A stretch of DNA of 64,000 nt from SAR324 cluster bacterium (GCA_022448485.1 JAKUUI010000006.1:4740-68739); one strand, 5' to 3'; positions 49,537-59,059 are shown, counted from the first letter of the stretch. The notes: generated from the sequence alone by a model not told the origin. Program-made: numbers and translations.

Positions 49537-50310
49537 TTACTCCGGAGTCACATACGCCGAAGTGATTCCGCCGTCCACTACAAACTCAGTTCCGGTGGTA
49601 TAAGACGATTCATCGGAAGCTAAAAACAAAGCTGACTGTGCCATTTCTTTGGCCTCCCCAAAACGCCCCATTGGAATATGCACAAGTCGTTTTTGTTTTT
49701 TTGCTTCAGTGTCGAGGAATTTCATCAGCAGCTCGGTTCGCAGCGGTCCCGGACAGAGTGCATTGACCCGGATGTTTTCCCGAGCATGAATCACCGACAA
49801 CTCACGTGTCAGCGCAATCACCCCGCCTTTGCTGGCAGTGTACGCAACTTGTGGAGTCGCCGCTCCCATCAGTCCAACGAAAGAGGCCGTGTTGATGATT
49901 GAACCACCTCCCGCACGCTGCATTGCGGCAATTCCATATTTGCAACCTAGAAACACGCCTTTCAAGTTAATCGCCATCGTCAAATCCCAAACATCTTCTT
50001 CGGTGACGAGTGCATTGTCATCACGGCTGTCCATGATTCCAGCGTTGTTGAACATCACATTCAGTTTGCCGAATTGATCTTCTGCGGATTCAACCATTGC
50101 TTCAGAGTCGGCGGCACTCGAAACATCTGCATGAGCATAAATGGCATCTCCACCAGCAGCCTTGATTTCGGAAACCGTTTGTTCTCCTTCGGGATCATTC
50201 ACATCCACCGCCACAATTTTCGCACCTTCTTTTGCAAACAACAGTGCGGATTCTTTTCCAATCCCACTTGATGCGCCCGTGATTAGGGCGACTTTGTCTT
50301 CTAATCGCAT
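49537..50310 (-). CDS. Short-chain dehydrogenase/reductase (3-oxoacyl-ACP reductase-like)
   Basis: 257 aa with GASSGIGKE, NNAG and the catalytic YTASKGG. Confidence 0.9.
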   Translation of the reverse strand: MRLEDKVALITGASSGIGKESALLFAKEGAKIVAVDVNDPEGEQTVSEIKAAGGDAIYAHADVSSAADSEAMVESAEDQFGKLNVMFNNAGIMDSRDDNALVTEEDVWDLTMAINLKGVFLGCKYGIAAMQRAGGGSIINTASFVGLMGAATPQVAYTASKGGVIALTRELSVIHARENIRVNALCPGPLRTELLMKFLDTEAKKQKRLVHIPMGRFGEAKEMAQSALFLASDESSYTTGTEFVVDGGITSAYVTPE

Positions 50311-50414
50311 TTTTAAAACACCTAAAAAATAATTAAATTTGTTGAAAATATTGTTTCAATTCCCAACCCGTTACAGTTGCCTCATACGCCAGCAGCATGG
50401 GTACAATAAAAAAT

Positions 50415-50449
50415 GCCGGAGTTTACAACGTACGCTGAACAGCTCCGGC
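50415..50449 (-). terminator. Bidirectional rho-independent terminator-like hairpin
   Basis: GCCGGAG (50415-50421) pairs with CTCCGGC (50443-50449). It is flanked by A6 on the left, giving a T6 run on the minus strand, and by ctgTTTTT on the right. No intact gene ends here on either strand. Confidence 0.55.
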
Positions 50450-50772
50450 CTGTTTTTCAGGTGATTTTATCAGTGATTAAAACCAGAATCAAATTGATTC
50501 TTAGGATGATGGACCGACTTATTTTACATAAATAAAATTAGGAATCCACAAAGCAATTTAGGGAAAGGCCATTATCAAAGCCAAACCAAGTGTTATAATC
50601 AGAGCAAAAGGTATGCTCTGTGAACTGTAAAGAATGGTTCGTGCAAATCATTTCTACCTTATGTTAGCCTAACTTATGAATTGCAATTTTGAATTTACTT
50701 GCATGGTCTAGTGAGTTTCTGCTAAGGTGAGCATCCAAGACTTCACTTAATTGTTGCTCCAGCATTTGTTAC

Positions 50773-51270
50773 ATGCCAGGTTTTACTTACCTTGATCACA
50801 ACTCCTATTCGGATTCATACATTCTTCAAATACTCAGAAATGTGCAGAACATTGCGATGGTTGGTGCGAGTGCAACTTGGAACCGCCCCAGCAATTTTGC
50901 TATGAAATATTTGCTTCAGAAGGGTTTTCAGGTAATTCCGGTCAATCCGAGTGCAGTTGGAAAGAAAATTTGTGGGGAAACGGTGTTCCCGGATTTAACT
51001 TCACTCCCTGGATCTGTAGACATGGTGGATATTTATCGTCCTGCACAAGAAGCTCCTCAGTTGGTGGAAGAATCAATCGAAATTGGGGCGAAAGTGTTTT
51101 GGATGCAACTGGGAATTAGAAGCAACGAAGCAGCACAAATTGCTGAAAAAGCTGGGTTGCAGGTTGTGATGGATCGCTGTCCTAAAATTGAATTTTCCCG
51201 CCTATTTGGAGAACTGGGTTGGAATGGGATCAACACAGGTGTTATCAGCAATCGCAGGCAAAGGATTTGA
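50773..51270 (+). CDS. CoA-binding domain protein (YccU/YneT-like)
   Basis: 165 aa. IAMVGASATWNRPSNFAMKYLLQKGFQVIPVNP and VDMVDIYRP fit the CoA_binding_2 family. Confidence 0.82.
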   Translation: MPGFTYLDHNSYSDSYILQILRNVQNIAMVGASATWNRPSNFAMKYLLQKGFQVIPVNPSAVGKKICGETVFPDLTSLPGSVDMVDIYRPAQEAPQLVEESIEIGAKVFWMQLGIRSNEAAQIAEKAGLQVVMDRCPKIEFSRLFGELGWNGINTGVISNRRQRI

Positions 51271-52562
51271 TGAAACAACTACATCCACAATTTGGTTTTA
51301 ACACACTTGCTGTTCACGCCGGAACGGCACCTGACCCTGCAACAGGTGCGCGGTCTTTTCCGATTTATCAAACTACTTCCTACGTATTTGATGATGCTGA
51401 CCATGCAGCTTCACTTTTCAACTTACAGGCCCCCGGATTTATTTACTCCCGTTTGACCAATCCAACGGTAGCAGCCTTGGAAGAAAAGCTTGCCACACTG
51501 GAAGGCGGGCGCGGTGGAACCGTGACATCTTCCGGACAAGCTGCGGAAACACTGGCTTTGTTTCCGTTAATGGCTCCAGGAATGGAGGTGATTGTGGCAA
51601 ATAAATTGTACGGAGGTACTATTAATTTGATGGGGAAAAGCTACCAGAAATTTGGCTGGAATGCGATCTTTGTGGACAGCGAAAATCCGGAAGCATTTCG
51701 GCAAGCCGTTACGAAAAAAACGCGAGCGATTTTTATCGAAAGTCTCGCCAATCCGGGTGGTGTGGTTGTGGATATTGAAAGCATTGCCAAAGTGGCAAAT
51801 GAAGCGGGAGTACCGTTGGTTGTGGATAACACGATGGCGACTCCTTTTTTGTGTCAACCAATGGAATGGGGTGCAGATTTGGTGGTGCATTCCACAACAA
51901 AATTTCTTTCCGGACAAGGGAATGCAGTCGGAGGAGTAGTCATTGATTCAGGAAAATTTACTTGGTTGGAAAATTCTAAATTTCCCAGTTTAAGCACGCC
52001 TTCACCGGAATATAACGGACTCACTTTTGCGGAAACTTTTGGTGATCTCGCTTTCACGATGTACAGTCACGCCATCAGTTTGCGCGATCTTGGCTGTTCT
52101 CAATCTCCAATGAATGCCTGGATCACGCTCAACGGTATTGAAACTCTGCCTTTGCGTGTCGAACGTCACTGTTCCAACGGATTGACTGTAGCAAAATTTC
52201 TTGAAAAACACCCCAGTGTTGAATGGGTTTCGCATGCCGGACTCGAATCCAGTCCTTATTACAAGCTTGGGAAAAAATACATGCCGGACGGTACAGGTTC
52301 GGTCTTCACTTTTGGTGTCAAGGGAGGTTATGAAAGCGGTTTAAAAATGCTGGAATCAGTGGAACTGTTCAGTCATGTGGCCAACATTGGTGATACTCGT
52401 TCGCTGATTCTCCATCCTGCTTCAACCACACATCGTCAACTGACTGAGGAACAGCGCATCGCTGCTGGTTCTGGGCCGGAAGTGATTCGTCTTTCCATTG
52501 GAATTGAATGTGCTGAAGATATCATTGCAGATCTGGATCAGGCTTTGAGAAGCTTGGGATAA
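51270..52562 (+). CDS. metY: O-acetylhomoserine (thiol)-lyase / sulfhydrylase
   Basis: ATG 51270 overlaps the previous TGA by 1 nt. MKQLHPQFGFNTLAVHAG and the PLP-lysine context HSTTKFLSGQG are present. The ORF-track start at 51219 is an in-frame upstream extension. Confidence 0.9.
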   Translation: MKQLHPQFGFNTLAVHAGTAPDPATGARSFPIYQTTSYVFDDADHAASLFNLQAPGFIYSRLTNPTVAALEEKLATLEGGRGGTVTSSGQAAETLALFPLMAPGMEVIVANKLYGGTINLMGKSYQKFGWNAIFVDSENPEAFRQAVTKKTRAIFIESLANPGGVVVDIESIAKVANEAGVPLVVDNTMATPFLCQPMEWGADLVVHSTTKFLSGQGNAVGGVVIDSGKFTWLENSKFPSLSTPSPEYNGLTFAETFGDLAFTMYSHAISLRDLGCSQSPMNAWITLNGIETLPLRVERHCSNGLTVAKFLEKHPSVEWVSHAGLESSPYYKLGKKYMPDGTGSVFTFGVKGGYESGLKMLESVELFSHVANIGDTRSLILHPASTTHRQLTEEQRIAAGSGPEVIRLSIGIECAEDIIADLDQALRSLG

Positions 52563-52610
52563 GCTAATAATCTGCAAGCAAAATAAAAGAAAAACCGGCT
52601 TTTTAAATTG

Positions 52611-53534
52611 TCAAAACCGGATAGTGAATTTTACGTTTGTTTCTCCTTTTTTGTGCCAGAAGCTCAGAGCAGGAAACTCTTTTAGCTGCCTCTGTTTTTC
52701 CAAATTGGTGAGACTGGAACTTTTGATGAGCATTGATGTTCCTCCGGTTACAAATGAAATAAATCCAATAAACATACCTGTACTGAATAAGCGTCCTGCC
52801 TCATTACGGTTGCATTCAATAAAATTTTTATATTGCCGGTCATCTTTGTAAGAACGTTCTTCACACGGAGCTATGATTACACCGGTGGTGAGTAGTGCGA
52901 CCCCAGTCCAGAAAACCTGCCGACTGAATTCATAACCCTGCTTCGAATCCTCCCACTTTACTTTCCATTCTTGAAACTCCTTAGGATTAGCTTGCTCAGA
53001 GAGCTGTAGTTCTTCAGGAATTTGTAATGTTTCGAAAGCCATGCTGCGCACGACTCCTGTCTTGACATCTGCGATTGTAACTCTGACGTTCACGTTTCGT
53101 GAACCCAAAGGATCAAAACTGGCCCAGGCAAAATAATCAAGTTCAGCAAGCACTCCCATACTGGTACCGGCAAACCCGGCTTTTCCTCGTTTGAGCATTA
53201 GTTCCTGTTCCTGATTAATAGCTTTCAACAGGGAACGGTCGGCCAACTGGGTATGTGCCGCCAGAATCATCCGCAGAGCATTGTCCATCACAGCTACATA
53301 ACGCGGCACTGGGACGATAGCGTTAACTTCAGTTTTGAGAATTCCAACAACCGAGTTGTTTCGTAAGTTACCTTTGTTGACTGCCCGTAGCGTAAGTTCT
53401 TCAAAAACTTGTTGAGTTCTTAACACTTTTGTGTCTACTGAAGACATTTCTTTTGCCTGTAATGAAGAAACTGAAAGAAGTAAAGTTTGAAGCAGTAAAA
53501 TAAAGATATTTGCAGATTTATAAATGTATTCCAT
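52611..53534 (-). CDS. Hypothetical envelope protein (signal peptide, CsgG/LpoB-like core pattern, two C-terminal hydrophobic segments)
   Basis: ATG 53534 gives MEYIYKSANIFILLLQTLLLSVSSLQA. The segment ...GVLAELDYFAWASFDPLGSRNVNVRVTIADVKTGVVRS resembles the G.adY...G.v......v.l.l.d..TG motif of CsgG/LpoB-type folds. This call is tentative. Confidence 0.6.
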   Translation of the reverse strand: MEYIYKSANIFILLLQTLLLSVSSLQAKEMSSVDTKVLRTQQVFEELTLRAVNKGNLRNNSVVGILKTEVNAIVPVPRYVAVMDNALRMILAAHTQLADRSLLKAINQEQELMLKRGKAGFAGTSMGVLAELDYFAWASFDPLGSRNVNVRVTIADVKTGVVRSMAFETLQIPEELQLSEQANPKEFQEWKVKWEDSKQGYEFSRQVFWTGVALLTTGVIIAPCEERSYKDDRQYKNFIECNRNEAGRLFSTGMFIGFISFVTGGTSMLIKSSSLTNLEKQRQLKEFPALSFWHKKGETNVKFTIRF

Positions 53535-53642
53535 TGCTGAAAGAGTCGATAATTTAAGTAGTAATAAAGCAGACCGACCTTTAGTCAATTCTCCGGAGCC
53601 AGCATATTTGGAAGTTTATTTCTCAGTGAAACTAATTACATT

Positions 53643-54599
53643 TCAAGCCGGCCACAGATAATAAAGGTAGGAAACATAAATAGCCAAGAAAAGGAATCCC
53701 TCCTTGCGGTCAAGAACATGGCCGGTCCAAACTGTGGGAAGCAGTAGGATGGTCACCCCAAGCATTACGTAGAGGTCGACGGAGGAGATGCCTGTGCCGT
53801 CGAGCGGAGCAACAAGTCCCGCGAGGCCAAGCACAAACATGATGTTGAAAAGGTTTGAGCCGACTGCGTTGCCTATGGCAAGGTCCGGTGTTTTCTTGTA
53901 GGCCGCCATTAGAGCGGTAGCCAATTCCGGAGTCCCTGTACCTATGGAAACAATGGTCAGTCCGATCAGAGCCTCGCTCAGTCCGAAAAGTCTGGCGAGG
54001 TCTACCGCGCCTGTTACTAGAAAATTGGCACCAAATCCTAAAGTAATAATTCCCAAGATTAATAAACCAATATCCCGCTTCAAAGTTTTGCCGGGATCTT
54101 CCGGAATTTCCAACCCGTCGATTTCATCCCATTCTGGAGAAGTTTTTTTGACTGACATAATGTTTCCGACCACGTAGCCCACAACACATAACAGCAAAAA
54201 TGCTCCTTCCATGCGGGAAATGTGAAAGTCTTCCATCAAAACAACCATCATGAAGGAGGCTCCTACCAGCAGCGGTACATCAGCCTTGACTAGACGAGAA
54301 TCAACCTTCAATGGACGGATCAAGGCTGAGAGTCCTAGAATCAACGCGATGTTCAGGATATTTGATCCCACAACGTTTCCGAGCGCAATTCCTCCCTGAT
54401 GGCCTATAGCGGCCTGTACGCTAACGAGAGCTTCTGGTACACTTGTTCCTAGCGCAACAACTGTTAGGCCTACTATCAGTGGACTTAAACCTAAATGTAG
54501 GGCCAGAGTAACTGCTCCCTTTACCAGCCAGTCTGCTCCAAAGTAGAGCATGACAAGCCCACTTACGATATAAAGGAAAATTATAAACAATTCAGGCAT
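53643..54599 (-). CDS. Ca2+/Na+ antiporter (YrbG / CaCA family)
   Basis: 318 aa with two alpha-repeat motifs (GTSVPE and GTGTPE) and about 10 TM segments. Confidence 0.9.
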   Translation of the reverse strand: MPELFIIFLYIVSGLVMLYFGADWLVKGAVTLALHLGLSPLIVGLTVVALGTSVPEALVSVQAAIGHQGGIALGNVVGSNILNIALILGLSALIRPLKVDSRLVKADVPLLVGASFMMVVLMEDFHISRMEGAFLLLCVVGYVVGNIMSVKKTSPEWDEIDGLEIPEDPGKTLKRDIGLLILGIITLGFGANFLVTGAVDLARLFGLSEALIGLTIVSIGTGTPELATALMAAYKKTPDLAIGNAVGSNLFNIMFVLGLAGLVAPLDGTGISSVDLYVMLGVTILLLPTVWTGHVLDRKEGFLFLAIYVSYLYYLWPA

Positions 54600-54643
54600 T
54601 ACTTATCTCAAGCAAGAGTTGTGTTAGTACTGTGAACGTTATT

Positions 54644-55063
54644 TCAGGAATGATCCGCTTCCAGCCGTTTTCCCATACTGACTGTTCAATCATAGCTAAA
54701 CCCGACTCTCCGTTAGAATGTCATAACCTTATCGTTCCTGGCTCAAAACTGCAAATTGATTTTGGGGCAATCAATTTTTAGCAGTACAGATTCGACAGAG
54801 TTCATGATTTACTCTCCGTAGCCCCGGCCTTGAAAATCAGGGTGCACTGCCAAATAATTTATCCATCCTCTGTGACCGTCATAAACACCTATCACAGAAT
54901 CGATTAACTGGGTTTGAGTGTATCTCACCAAAAAAAGTTTCGGCTGAACCTGAAGTTTTCTGGCAATATCTTTATGAAGATAATTCCATGGAACAATTAA
55001 TTAACACATTTGCCAAAGTGTGACTAAGGCAGCCTCATCTTCTGTCTTGTAAGGGTGGATTAT
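54644..55063 (-). pseudogene. YpeA-type GNAT N-acetyltransferase pseudogene (5 internal stops, start codon lost, no frameshift)
   Basis: My single-frame translation is IIHPYKTEDEAALVTLWQMC*LIVPWNYLHKDIARKLQVQPKLFLVRYTQTQLIDSVIGVYDGHRGWINYLAVHPDFQGRGYGE*IMNSVESVLLKIDCPKINLQF*ARNDKVMTF*RRVGFSYD*TVSMGKRLEADHS*. It is collinear with E. coli YpeA motifs as I recall them (TLWE.C.L.RPWND, GGYDGHRG..YYL.VHP.FRGRG, GCPKI, LGY, LGKRL). Confidence 0.8.
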
Positions 55064-55080
55064 GAGTAGGATTTCAGGCA

Positions 55081-55725
55081 CTAGTCGTTGCGGATAAAGG
55101 TTGCGTTTCTGGAGGAGACCAGATAAACAGGATACTTGATGCTTTCCAAAACATATGCAGAAATTCCCTGATCAGAAGTCCACCAGTTGCTTTCATTGTA
55201 AATTTCATTCTTTGCAGCAGATACTTCCAGACGTATTTGTGTTCCTTTAAATACGGTTTGAAAAGCATGGTATGCGCGACGCGTGTGGAAGGTATCCGTA
55301 ACTAAAATCAAGTGGCGAAATCTCTCTTTTTCACTAAATTTTAGTAGATCGTATGCTTCGTCAAATGTTGAAGTTGCACCGCTCTTGAGCGAGGGGACAG
55401 TAATAATTGGAACGCTCAATTTTAGTTCCTTAATCATGGCTAGCGCAATCTCTTCGTTTGTCGAAAACAGATGAGCAAAACGAATGTTTCTCTTTTTTTC
55501 ATTCGTTAGCAACAAGCGCGGTGCATACCCTTCCGTAAAAAGTTTTAAGGCATGAGGAATTCGAGTGTCCTTACCGCCGGAAAGTACAACAATCGCATCA
55601 GCACCGGAAGTTGCGTTGTTGACTGTAAAAAAATTCGCATATGCGGTCAGGATTGACTGGTACTGTGAAATTGCTGCTGCCAGAAGGCCGAAAGATAAAA
55701 TTACGATGATCAGCCATTTTTTCAT
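55081..55725 (-). CDS. DUF218 (YdcF/ElyC/SanA-like) domain protein
   Basis: ATG 55725 overlaps the upstream stop as ATGA. An N-terminal TM segment is followed by ADAIVVLSGG...LLLTNE, typical of DUF218. Confidence 0.8.
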   Translation of the reverse strand: MKKWLIIVILSFGLLAAAISQYQSILTAYANFFTVNNATSGADAIVVLSGGKDTRIPHALKLFTEGYAPRLLLTNEKKRNIRFAHLFSTNEEIALAMIKELKLSVPIITVPSLKSGATSTFDEAYDLLKFSEKERFRHLILVTDTFHTRRAYHAFQTVFKGTQIRLEVSAAKNEIYNESNWWTSDQGISAYVLESIKYPVYLVSSRNATFIRND

Positions 55726-56315
55726 GTTTGTGAATCTCCGCATAAATGTATCCCCTTTTCACTTAAAATCCCATCCATAGGTATATCGTGTGATTCAGTG
55801 GGTACGGTTTCAAATAGCTGAAAATCAAAGGCCAATGCTAAACGGAAAGCGTGGGTTTGATCCAGAAAACGGTCATAGTATCCCCTACCGTAGCCGAGTC
55901 TTCCGCCCTGGCTGTCAAACGCTAATCCGGGGACTAAAACCAGATCGAAGATTTCAGGACTCAACGCAATCCGTTGTTCCAGTGAAGGTTCTAAAACTCC
56001 CAAGGCTCCGGAGCGTAAATTATTAAATGAGTTCAGTTGAGAATGAAAGAGTTCCGGTGTATCCGGAAGAACGCATGGTACGCCAATTTGTTTACCGGAG
56101 TTCCATGCCAACTCAATAATTGGTCTGGTATCCGGTTCTTCTGTTTTGGAAAGAAAAATATGGATTGTTCCGGCATCCATGAAAACGTCCCATGTCTGCA
56201 AGAACTTCAACATCTGGAGTTCAGCCTGTTTTTTATTTGCTGCTGACATTACACGACGCTGCTGCAGCACTGTTCTACGTATTTCAGTTTTGTTCAAAAG
56301 TAACGCCCCAGACAT
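55722..56315 (-). CDS. 5-formyltetrahydrofolate cyclo-ligase
   Basis: 197 aa. The C-terminal GGRLGYGRGYYDRFL is the family signature. Confidence 0.88.
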   Translation of the reverse strand: MSGALLLNKTEIRRTVLQQRRVMSAANKKQAELQMLKFLQTWDVFMDAGTIHIFLSKTEEPDTRPIIELAWNSGKQIGVPCVLPDTPELFHSQLNSFNNLRSGALGVLEPSLEQRIALSPEIFDLVLVPGLAFDSQGGRLGYGRGYYDRFLDQTHAFRLALAFDFQLFETVPTESHDIPMDGILSEKGIHLCGDSQT

Positions 56316-56317
56316 GC

Positions 56318-57226
56318 TCAGTAGCAGCGCACGGCATCACCTTTCAGGATGGTGCTTCGAAAATTTGAAGGAACTTTTCCCCAGGAAAAGTCTTCCTGCA
56401 CACGGAATAACTTTAATTGACCAATCCTATCAAATTCAATGCTGGAGATAGTACTTCCGTTAGTCCCCTTTTTTTTCTTGAGCACTCTGCGGAAAATTTT
56501 ACACTCCTGCTCTAGTTTTACTCGGTTGCGTCTTCCTAGATTAATTCTGACATAAGCTCGATTTGCGCGAGACTCGATGATAAAACCACCAAGAGGGAAA
56601 CGACCCCGAACAAGACTTCCTAGTTCTTCCCAGAGGTTATTTGATTCTGAAAAAACGAAAGTGAATTCGTGATTCATTTCGTTTTTTACAGGATCTTCGA
56701 CACGGTAAATCCGGAATCTGATATATGTGCTCCAATCGTTCGATGATACTTTTTCCGGGCTTGGCTGCACTCTCATTAGGACAATGTAACGAACCCGAAG
56801 CCACTTGCCTAATTCAACGGACTGTTTTACCAGATCTTCTTCAAATCTACGTAATTTACTATCCTTTAGAGAATCTCTCATTTTTGAAAATTCACTACGG
56901 TTCAATGCTCTCTCAACCCGGACTTGGTCAATGATTTCCAAGTCGCCGTGTTCTTCAAGTACAGACTGTACAAAGCTTACGCTCAGTACTTTGTGGTAGC
57001 GGGACAGGTTTTCTGAAAATTGTACTGGGACGAAGGCGACGAATGATTTGGATGTCAACAGTTCTTCCCGAGTTGGAGGAATAGGAACATCCTCACCGGA
57101 ATCCAGAGGTGCGTTCATGAGTAAGATCGGCTTGGACTGACAAGCGGTTGTGAGCATCAGAAGACCAAATCCAAGTCCAATAAACAATAATTTACAACTA
57201 AAGTTGTTGAACAGTCTTGACAACAA
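56318..57226 (-). CDS. Hypothetical lipoprotein
   Basis: 302 aa with a TTG start preceded by GAGAGG. The lipobox is LLMLTTAC. A CsgG/LpoB-like segment (ELGKWLRVRYIVLMRV) is followed by a small beta domain (GGFIIESRANRAYVRINLGRRNRVK...ILKGDAV). Confidence 0.65.
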   Translation of the reverse strand: MLSRLFNNFSCKLLFIGLGFGLLMLTTACQSKPILLMNAPLDSGEDVPIPPTREELLTSKSFVAFVPVQFSENLSRYHKVLSVSFVQSVLEEHGDLEIIDQVRVERALNRSEFSKMRDSLKDSKLRRFEEDLVKQSVELGKWLRVRYIVLMRVQPSPEKVSSNDWSTYIRFRIYRVEDPVKNEMNHEFTFVFSESNNLWEELGSLVRGRFPLGGFIIESRANRAYVRINLGRRNRVKLEQECKIFRRVLKKKKGTNGSTISSIEFDRIGQLKLFRVQEDFSWGKVPSNFRSTILKGDAVRCY

Positions 57227-57235
57227 AAAAACCTC

Positions 57236-58585
57236 TCAATAACGATAATGTTCCGGCTTATAAGGCCCATCAATTGGAACATCTAAATATTTTGCTTGTT
57301 TTTCAGTCAGGCGTGTTAATTTCACCCCTAATTTGCCTAAATGGAAGCGAGCAACTTTTTCATCAAGAATTTTGGGCAGAACATAGACCTTGTTTTCGCA
57401 TTTGCCGCCGTTTTGCCAGAGTTCAATTTGGGCCATTACCTGATTGGTGAAACTATTTGACATAACAAAAGCAGGATGCCCTGTTGCACAACCTAAATTT
57501 ACCAAGCGGCCTTCTGCCAATAAAATCATGCGCTTCCCATCAGGCCATATATATTGATCCACCTGCGGCTTGATGTTGATCTTTTTTAGTGAATGATCAC
57601 CATTCAAAGAAGCTACATCAATTTCGATGTCAAAATGTCCAATATTACAGACAACTGCTTGATCTTTCATGACATCCATGTGCTCTCGGCAAATGATGTC
57701 AGCACAGCCTGTAGTGGTAACAAAAATGTCACCAACTGGTGCAGCATCTTCCATGGTTAAAACCTCATAACCTTCCATTGAAGCTTGTAATGCACAAATC
57801 GGGTCAATTTCTGTCACCAGTACACGTGCACCTTGGCCGCGTAAAGATTGAGCAGAACCTTTGCCCACATCACCATAACCGGCAACGACAGCAATTTTGC
57901 CTGCAACCATCACATCGGTTGCACGTTTGATCCCGTCAATCAGCGATTCACGGCAACCGTACAAATTGTCAAATTTACTCTTGGTAACGGAGTCATTCAC
58001 GTTGAATGCCGGAATTTTCAATAGACCTTGCCGATCCATTTGCTCCAAACGATGAACACCTGTTGTAGTTTCTTCAGAGACACCATTGATTTCTTCCAGT
58101 AAATCAGGACGTTTTTCATGTACGTAGCCAGTGAGGTCACCCCCGTCATCTAACAGCAAGTTAGGCCCTTTTCCTTCTGGCCATTCCAAAGTCTGTTCGA
58201 GACACCACCAATATTCCTCTTCGGTTTCACCTTTCCAGGCAAATACTGGAACTCCTGCTTCTGCCATTGCAGCAGCAGCTTCATTTTGAGTAGAAAAAAT
58301 ATTACAGGAGGACCAGCGTACCTCTGCACCCAATTCAATAAGGGTCTCAATTAAAACTGCGGTTTCCACAGTCATGTGCAAAGAACCTGTGATGCGTGCC
58401 CCTGCCAGAGGCTTTTTATCCCTATATTCTTCCCGAAGCATCATCAAACCCGGCATCTCATGTTCTGCCATTGTGATACTCTTGCGCCCCAGTTCTGCAA
58501 AATTAATGTCTGCCACTTTGAAGTCCTGAGTTGTGGTTTCCATCCCTTTGACCCCTTCTTGCATGTCGTTATACTCCATTTTCAT
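57236..58585 (-). CDS. ahcY: Adenosylhomocysteinase
   Basis: 449 aa with DYKVADI-like N-terminus ([15 protein letters not shown]) and NAD motif [14 protein letters not shown] lies 5 nt upstream of ATG 58585. Confidence 0.93.
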   Translation of the reverse strand: MKMEYNDMQEGVKGMETTTQDFKVADINFAELGRKSITMAEHEMPGLMMLREEYRDKKPLAGARITGSLHMTVETAVLIETLIELGAEVRWSSCNIFSTQNEAAAAMAEAGVPVFAWKGETEEEYWWCLEQTLEWPEGKGPNLLLDDGGDLTGYVHEKRPDLLEEINGVSEETTTGVHRLEQMDRQGLLKIPAFNVNDSVTKSKFDNLYGCRESLIDGIKRATDVMVAGKIAVVAGYGDVGKGSAQSLRGQGARVLVTEIDPICALQASMEGYEVLTMEDAAPVGDIFVTTTGCADIICREHMDVMKDQAVVCNIGHFDIEIDVASLNGDHSLKKINIKPQVDQYIWPDGKRMILLAEGRLVNLGCATGHPAFVMSNSFTNQVMAQIELWQNGGKCENKVYVLPKILDEKVARFHLGKLGVKLTRLTEKQAKYLDVPIDGPYKPEHYRY

Positions 58586-59059
58586 TTTATCTCCTTATTG
58601 TTTGGTTACTGTAAAAAAATATTGAAGCTCCTGATAAAGAATACTCTAATTAGAATCTTTAAAATAATATTTAATATTACTGAAAAATGCAAGATATATC
58701 ATTATATGATCATGTGATGATATAACGTCTTTGTAAAACACCAGAATAACTAGGGTATTTTGTGAAAAATAGCTAATTATGAGGTTTATTGTTTTAACAA
58801 CAAATATTGAAAAAAACACAGATTCTTGAAATATAAGGTTTTTTATGAAAAATTATATAGTTAATCAAAATAATGATAAGTTATTGATATAATATAATAA
58901 AATATGATTATATATATATATAATCAAAAAATATCACATAAAATCAATTATTTTAAAAAAATAATGCTTGCACTGCTTTGTGATTTGGCATATAACAAAT
59001 CATACAATTATGATACAGGTAATTATATTGGACTGCTGGTCATTAAAATAAAGTATTTA

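Noticed and set aside
50600-50772. A SAM riboswitch (SAM-I, SAM-II or SAM-V) upstream of the CoA-binding/metY pair.
   Set aside because: I could not find the conserved cores or a convincing pseudoknot. Only a weak hairpin (AGTGA...TCACT) is present. An Rfam scan would be needed to call it.
54644-55063. Alternative genetic code or programmed read-through as the explanation for the in-frame stops in the GNAT frame.
   Set aside because: Both TAA and TGA occur internally. All well-supported neighbouring genes terminate normally at TAA, TGA or TAG, and the start codon is also lost. A pseudogene is the simpler reading.
58586-58760. An SAH riboswitch in the ahcY leader, a common arrangement in proteobacteria.
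   Set aside because: The minus-strand leader is almost pure A/T. It has only a plausible promoter (TTGCAT-17-TATTAT) and an AAGGAG RBS. The GC-rich conserved SAH-riboswitch core is absent.
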